A stretch of DNA of 26,224 bases from a virus (lineage: Duplodnaviria > Caudoviricetes): positions 1 to 26,224 of IMG/VR virus record IMGVR_UViG_3300037046_000125; one strand, given 5' to 3'. The stretch's first letter is position 1. Every line of letters begins with the position of its first letter. The notes under the pieces are model-generated. The model was given only the letters and a program-made list of their open reading frames with translations. It was not told the DNA's origin and did not search any database. Positions 23,326 to 26,224 of the stretch are shown here, piece after piece. Both the position numbers and the translations under genes were made by a program.

Positions 23326-26052
23326 ATGGGCAGCGGCAAACAGGGCGGCAAAAACGAGACGTACAATTACTACGGCACGCTGGCCGGGGCGATCCGGGCT
23401 GGTGAAATCGATGCGGTGATGGCAGTCATCGTCGACGGCGTGGCGATCTTTGATGGCCCGGCACTGACATTTGACGAGGCCGAGTACGTGGACATCCCGG
23501 GCGTGGATCCCCTGTGGTTTCCCAAGGCTGGCGGATATGTCCGCGTATACCGCGGTAGCATGACCCAGACGGCAGATCCAGCCTTGCCAGGACACCCCGC
23601 ATACAGGGGCGTGGCATACATGGTGGCGCGCAACCTCCTTTTCGGGAAAGAACGCAGCACGGCGCCCAACATCGAAGTGATTGCCCGCGCCAAAGTGGCG
23701 GTATCTACCGACATTATACCTGCCGAGCACAATACCGTGCAGGATGGACAGGTGAACGTCGTAGCCGTTCTTGCGGAAATCTGTACCAGCCGCGACTGGT
23801 TGGGCATGCCTGCCGGCAAGCTCGACACCGCCTCCTGGCAGTCTGTGTCCGCCTGGGCTAACGCATCAGCCGACCGACGCGCGGCACTATGGTGCTCACC
23901 CATATTCACCGATCAGCTCGACGCAAGGTCCGCCATAGGGGAGTTACTCAGCCTCATGGACGGGGCACTCAGATGGACAGCGCAGGGGACCTTGGCGATT
24001 ATGCCGATGGAGCGCGGAGAAAACCCCGGGGACCTGCCGATATTCGACGCGAGACATTTTACCGATCTGCCCAGGCTGGTCGCTGAGAGCATCCATAGCG
24101 TGCCCACCGGGGTGGTCGTGGTGTATACCGACCGGGATCGCAAGTACAAGGAGGCAGCGGAAAAGGTCGATCATTTGGCTGTGCGGCAATTGCGGGGAGA
24201 AGATGACCGGCAACGACTGGATCGTCCGCACATCACCAGGCACAACCAGGCGGCCAGGCAGGGCGCGGAATTTATCCGCTTGCGGTCGGCTCCAGCCGCG
24301 GAGCTGATTGGGGAAATCCGCTCGCCTCTGGCGAGCACGCTGCAACCTGGCGACAAGTGCCTCTTCGACGTGGATCCGGAACCGACCGGGGAAGGGTTGG
24401 CGCAACTGGGCATCGTCCGAGAGATTCGCGAACCTACCACGGGGCCGGTGAAGATTGTGGTGGACCTGGATCCACTCGTCAGTGCGATCCCTTACTCGCC
24501 AGCATGGACAGCGGAAGAGCCACAAGACGCGGAGGTGCCAGCCATAGCCTATGCGTTGATTGTGCCGTTGCCGCCAACCGCATGGCCATTTCCGCCAGCG
24601 CTGGCTGTGCTCGCCACCCGACCACGTATTGATGTGGTCGGAGCAAGGGTATTGTTCCGTGCTGGAGACAGCGGCGAGTTTGGCGAACTTGGGCGGCAGC
24701 CAGGATTTGCCGCCCGCGCCATAATCGGAGAGGGCATTACAAACCTCGATACCACGGTGCGCTTGGTATTGCTGGATGGTGCCGACGGCCCAGACGCATA
24801 TCTGGCCAGCGCCACCCCCGGAGGAAACCAGGTCGAAGCCCGCGCCGATATGCTGTTCTGTGTCCTGGCCAATGTGGTGCCCGATACGTTGCTGGTCAGC
24901 GGCGCGGGCACAACAGGTTTCAACGGCACATGGACCGTCAATGACCCCGGGGCTAGTGTGCCAACCTATAGCAAGGTGGGTGATTACACCATCGCCTGGA
25001 ACGGTTCGGAGTGGGAAATGCTCGATGATCAAAACGACGAGTTTTATGCCGCCCCGACCCTTTTCGGCCCGTGGACGGCCGTCGGCGGGGGCCAGACTCC
25101 CCTCCCCGCCGTGGTGGCCGATCCCGTTGCCAGGGTCGGGGCTGATGGATGGCCGGAAATGGAGATATTGTCCATTGTCAGCCGCGAAGCAATCACCGCG
25201 GACACCCATGATTATGAGGTAATCAGGGGGCGTCGTGGATTGCCGGCAAGAGCATGGTCGGCAGCCATCACCCAGGCGTGGATATTGCCAGCGGCCAACC
25301 TCATTCCGTGGCGACATCCGGATATGGCCGGCATGCTGTTATCTGGCGATGCGGGTGCCGTGATTCTGCGCTCCTATTCAGACATTGCGGAAGATGAATC
25401 GGATCCGCCTCCGCAATTCCCGCTGCTGCTGCCACCTGGATATGCCCAGACCCCTCACATCTCATGGTCTAGCCCGGCTGGTGCCCTGGGTGTGGCAGAT
25501 CCTGATACGGGAGCCATCGACATTGAGTTCGACGTTACAGACCCTACTGGAGACTTGGTATCCGTGCGCGTGGACACATTGCGATCCGACGGCTCCAACC
25601 CGACCACCGTCGAAAATCAGACATTCCCTCCCGTCGCCTCAAAATCGTTTGACACCACCCTTATCATTGATCCGGGCACCTATACCCTGACCGTCACAGC
25701 CACGGATAAGACTGGGAATATAGTGCAGTCGACCAGGACGTTGTGGAGAGCAGATACAGGCGGCGGCGGCGGCGCTGCGTTGCAGCCACCTACATTCCAT
25801 CCGCCTGGCGATACCACTTTTGCTGGGCAACTTGATGTCCATATCTCGATTGCGGCGGGGAACAGGATCGAGTACACCACTCGGGCGATCGGGGCGCCAG
25901 CACCGACATCCGGGACTGTCGTGATCGACACCAGCGTGGAGGTCACCATCAACAGTAACAGAACTGTATGGGCGCGCGGCGGTAACGGTACGGATTGGAC
26001 CCAATGGGTCGCGGCAAGCTACGAACTGTTGGACGGCTATATTTTCAGGTAG
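23326..26052 (+). CDS. Tail tip/central fibre protein (lambda J/megatron-like)
   Basis: MGSGKQGG..YNYY, RVYRGSMTQTADP, PAYRGVAY, tail_3-like middle, RGRRG..A..W, C-terminal Ig-like/Fn3-like domains. Confidence 0.9.
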   Translation: MGSGKQGGKNETYNYYGTLAGAIRAGEIDAVMAVIVDGVAIFDGPALTFDEAEYVDIPGVDPLWFPKAGGYVRVYRGSMTQTADPALPGHPAYRGVAYMVARNLLFGKERSTAPNIEVIARAKVAVSTDIIPAEHNTVQDGQVNVVAVLAEICTSRDWLGMPAGKLDTASWQSVSAWANASADRRAALWCSPIFTDQLDARSAIGELLSLMDGALRWTAQGTLAIMPMERGENPGDLPIFDARHFTDLPRLVAESIHSVPTGVVVVYTDRDRKYKEAAEKVDHLAVRQLRGEDDRQRLDRPHITRHNQAARQGAEFIRLRSAPAAELIGEIRSPLASTLQPGDKCLFDVDPEPTGEGLAQLGIVREIREPTTGPVKIVVDLDPLVSAIPYSPAWTAEEPQDAEVPAIAYALIVPLPPTAWPFPPALAVLATRPRIDVVGARVLFRAGDSGEFGELGRQPGFAARAIIGEGITNLDTTVRLVLLDGADGPDAYLASATPGGNQVEARADMLFCVLANVVPDTLLVSGAGTTGFNGTWTVNDPGASVPTYSKVGDYTIAWNGSEWEMLDDQNDEFYAAPTLFGPWTAVGGGQTPLPAVVADPVARVGADGWPEMEILSIVSREAITADTHDYEVIRGRRGLPARAWSAAITQAWILPAANLIPWRHPDMAGMLLSGDAGAVILRSYSDIAEDESDPPPQFPLLLPPGYAQTPHISWSSPAGALGVADPDTGAIDIEFDVTDPTGDLVSVRVDTLRSDGSNPTTVENQTFPPVASKSFDTTLIIDPGTYTLTVTATDKTGNIVQSTRTLWRADTGGGGGAALQPPTFHPPGDTTFAGQLDVHISIAAGNRIEYTTRAIGAPAPTSGTVVIDTSVEVTINSNRTVWARGGNGTDWTQWVAASYELLDGYIFR

Positions 26053-26092
26053 CTTGCAGGCATCCGGCACGGCATTTGCAACCGCGTATCAG

Positions 26093-26224
26093 CACCCTTT
26101 TCTTTTTCATGGACAGACCCTTTTCTCGAATTTTCTAACGAAACCGGCCGCGCATATCGTAAGTCGTTGATTTCCGGCCTTTTTCGGATTCTTTCAGGAT
26201 CCTTCGGGATTTTCGCACGAAACA
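26093..26224. repeat. Prophage right end with candidate transposase-binding repeats
   Basis: ATTTTCnnACGAAAC at 26130-26144 and 26209-26223; ACCCTTTTCT twice; ~10-bp periodic TTC(R)GGAT units at 26182-26210; terminal CA. Confidence 0.75.
26160..26172 (-). promoter_or_regulatory. IHF consensus site
   Basis: Reverse strand AATCAACGACTTA matches WATCAANNNNTTR exactly. Confidence 0.7.

Larger units (their letters stand above)
1..26224. mobile_element. Mu-like transposable prophage (siphovirus-type tail), right-hand portion ending at the probable right terminus
   Basis: Mu-type head gene order (gp26/gp27/gp28 terminase/DUF935 portal/protease I/capsid/gp36/gp37), no sheath gene, terminal CA with repeated end motifs and an IHF consensus; transposase not in window. 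Confidence 0.92.

Noticed and set aside
23320-23328. In-frame TAA between the small tip gene and the J-like gene (readthrough or nonsense mutation)
   Set aside because: A small protein ending in GKK followed by a large protein starting MG(S/G)GK is the usual two-gene layout in D3112/B3-like tails
23944-25317. 457-aa minus-strand ORF
   Set aside because: Antisense shadow of the tip gene

Overview
The window is the right-hand ~26 kb of a Mu-like (transposable) prophage with a non-contractile tail, organised like B3/D3112. It begins at a divergent switch of two similar ribbon-helix-helix (RHH) genes, so the early/transposase arm probably lies to the left, outside the window. Next is an accessory block with a small DUF5678-like gene and a retropepsin-like protease carrying a SEC-C motif. 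The late operon follows: Mu gp25/26/27-like genes, large terminase, DUF935 portal, protease/scaffold, cement protein, major capsid, gp36/gp37-like neck proteins, tail tube, an internally placed fibre module, a lipoprotein, tail chaperones, tape measure, distal-tail/hub fusion, NlpC/P60 and the tip protein. The window ends on a terminal CA with repeated end sites and an IHF consensus. Signals outside the ORF track include a 28-bp late-promoter motif present twice, a 23-bp motif shared by the control region and the right end, an antisense 52-aa membrane ORF with its own promoter before the tape measure, a -1 slippery site, repeated LxNR motifs (candidate protease cleavage sites) and a structured RNA candidate after the capsid gene. 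A/C-rich leaders mostly lacking Shine-Dalgarno motifs suggest a Verrucomicrobiota/PVC-type host (inference). All family calls come from motif recognition and gene order; no database searches were run.
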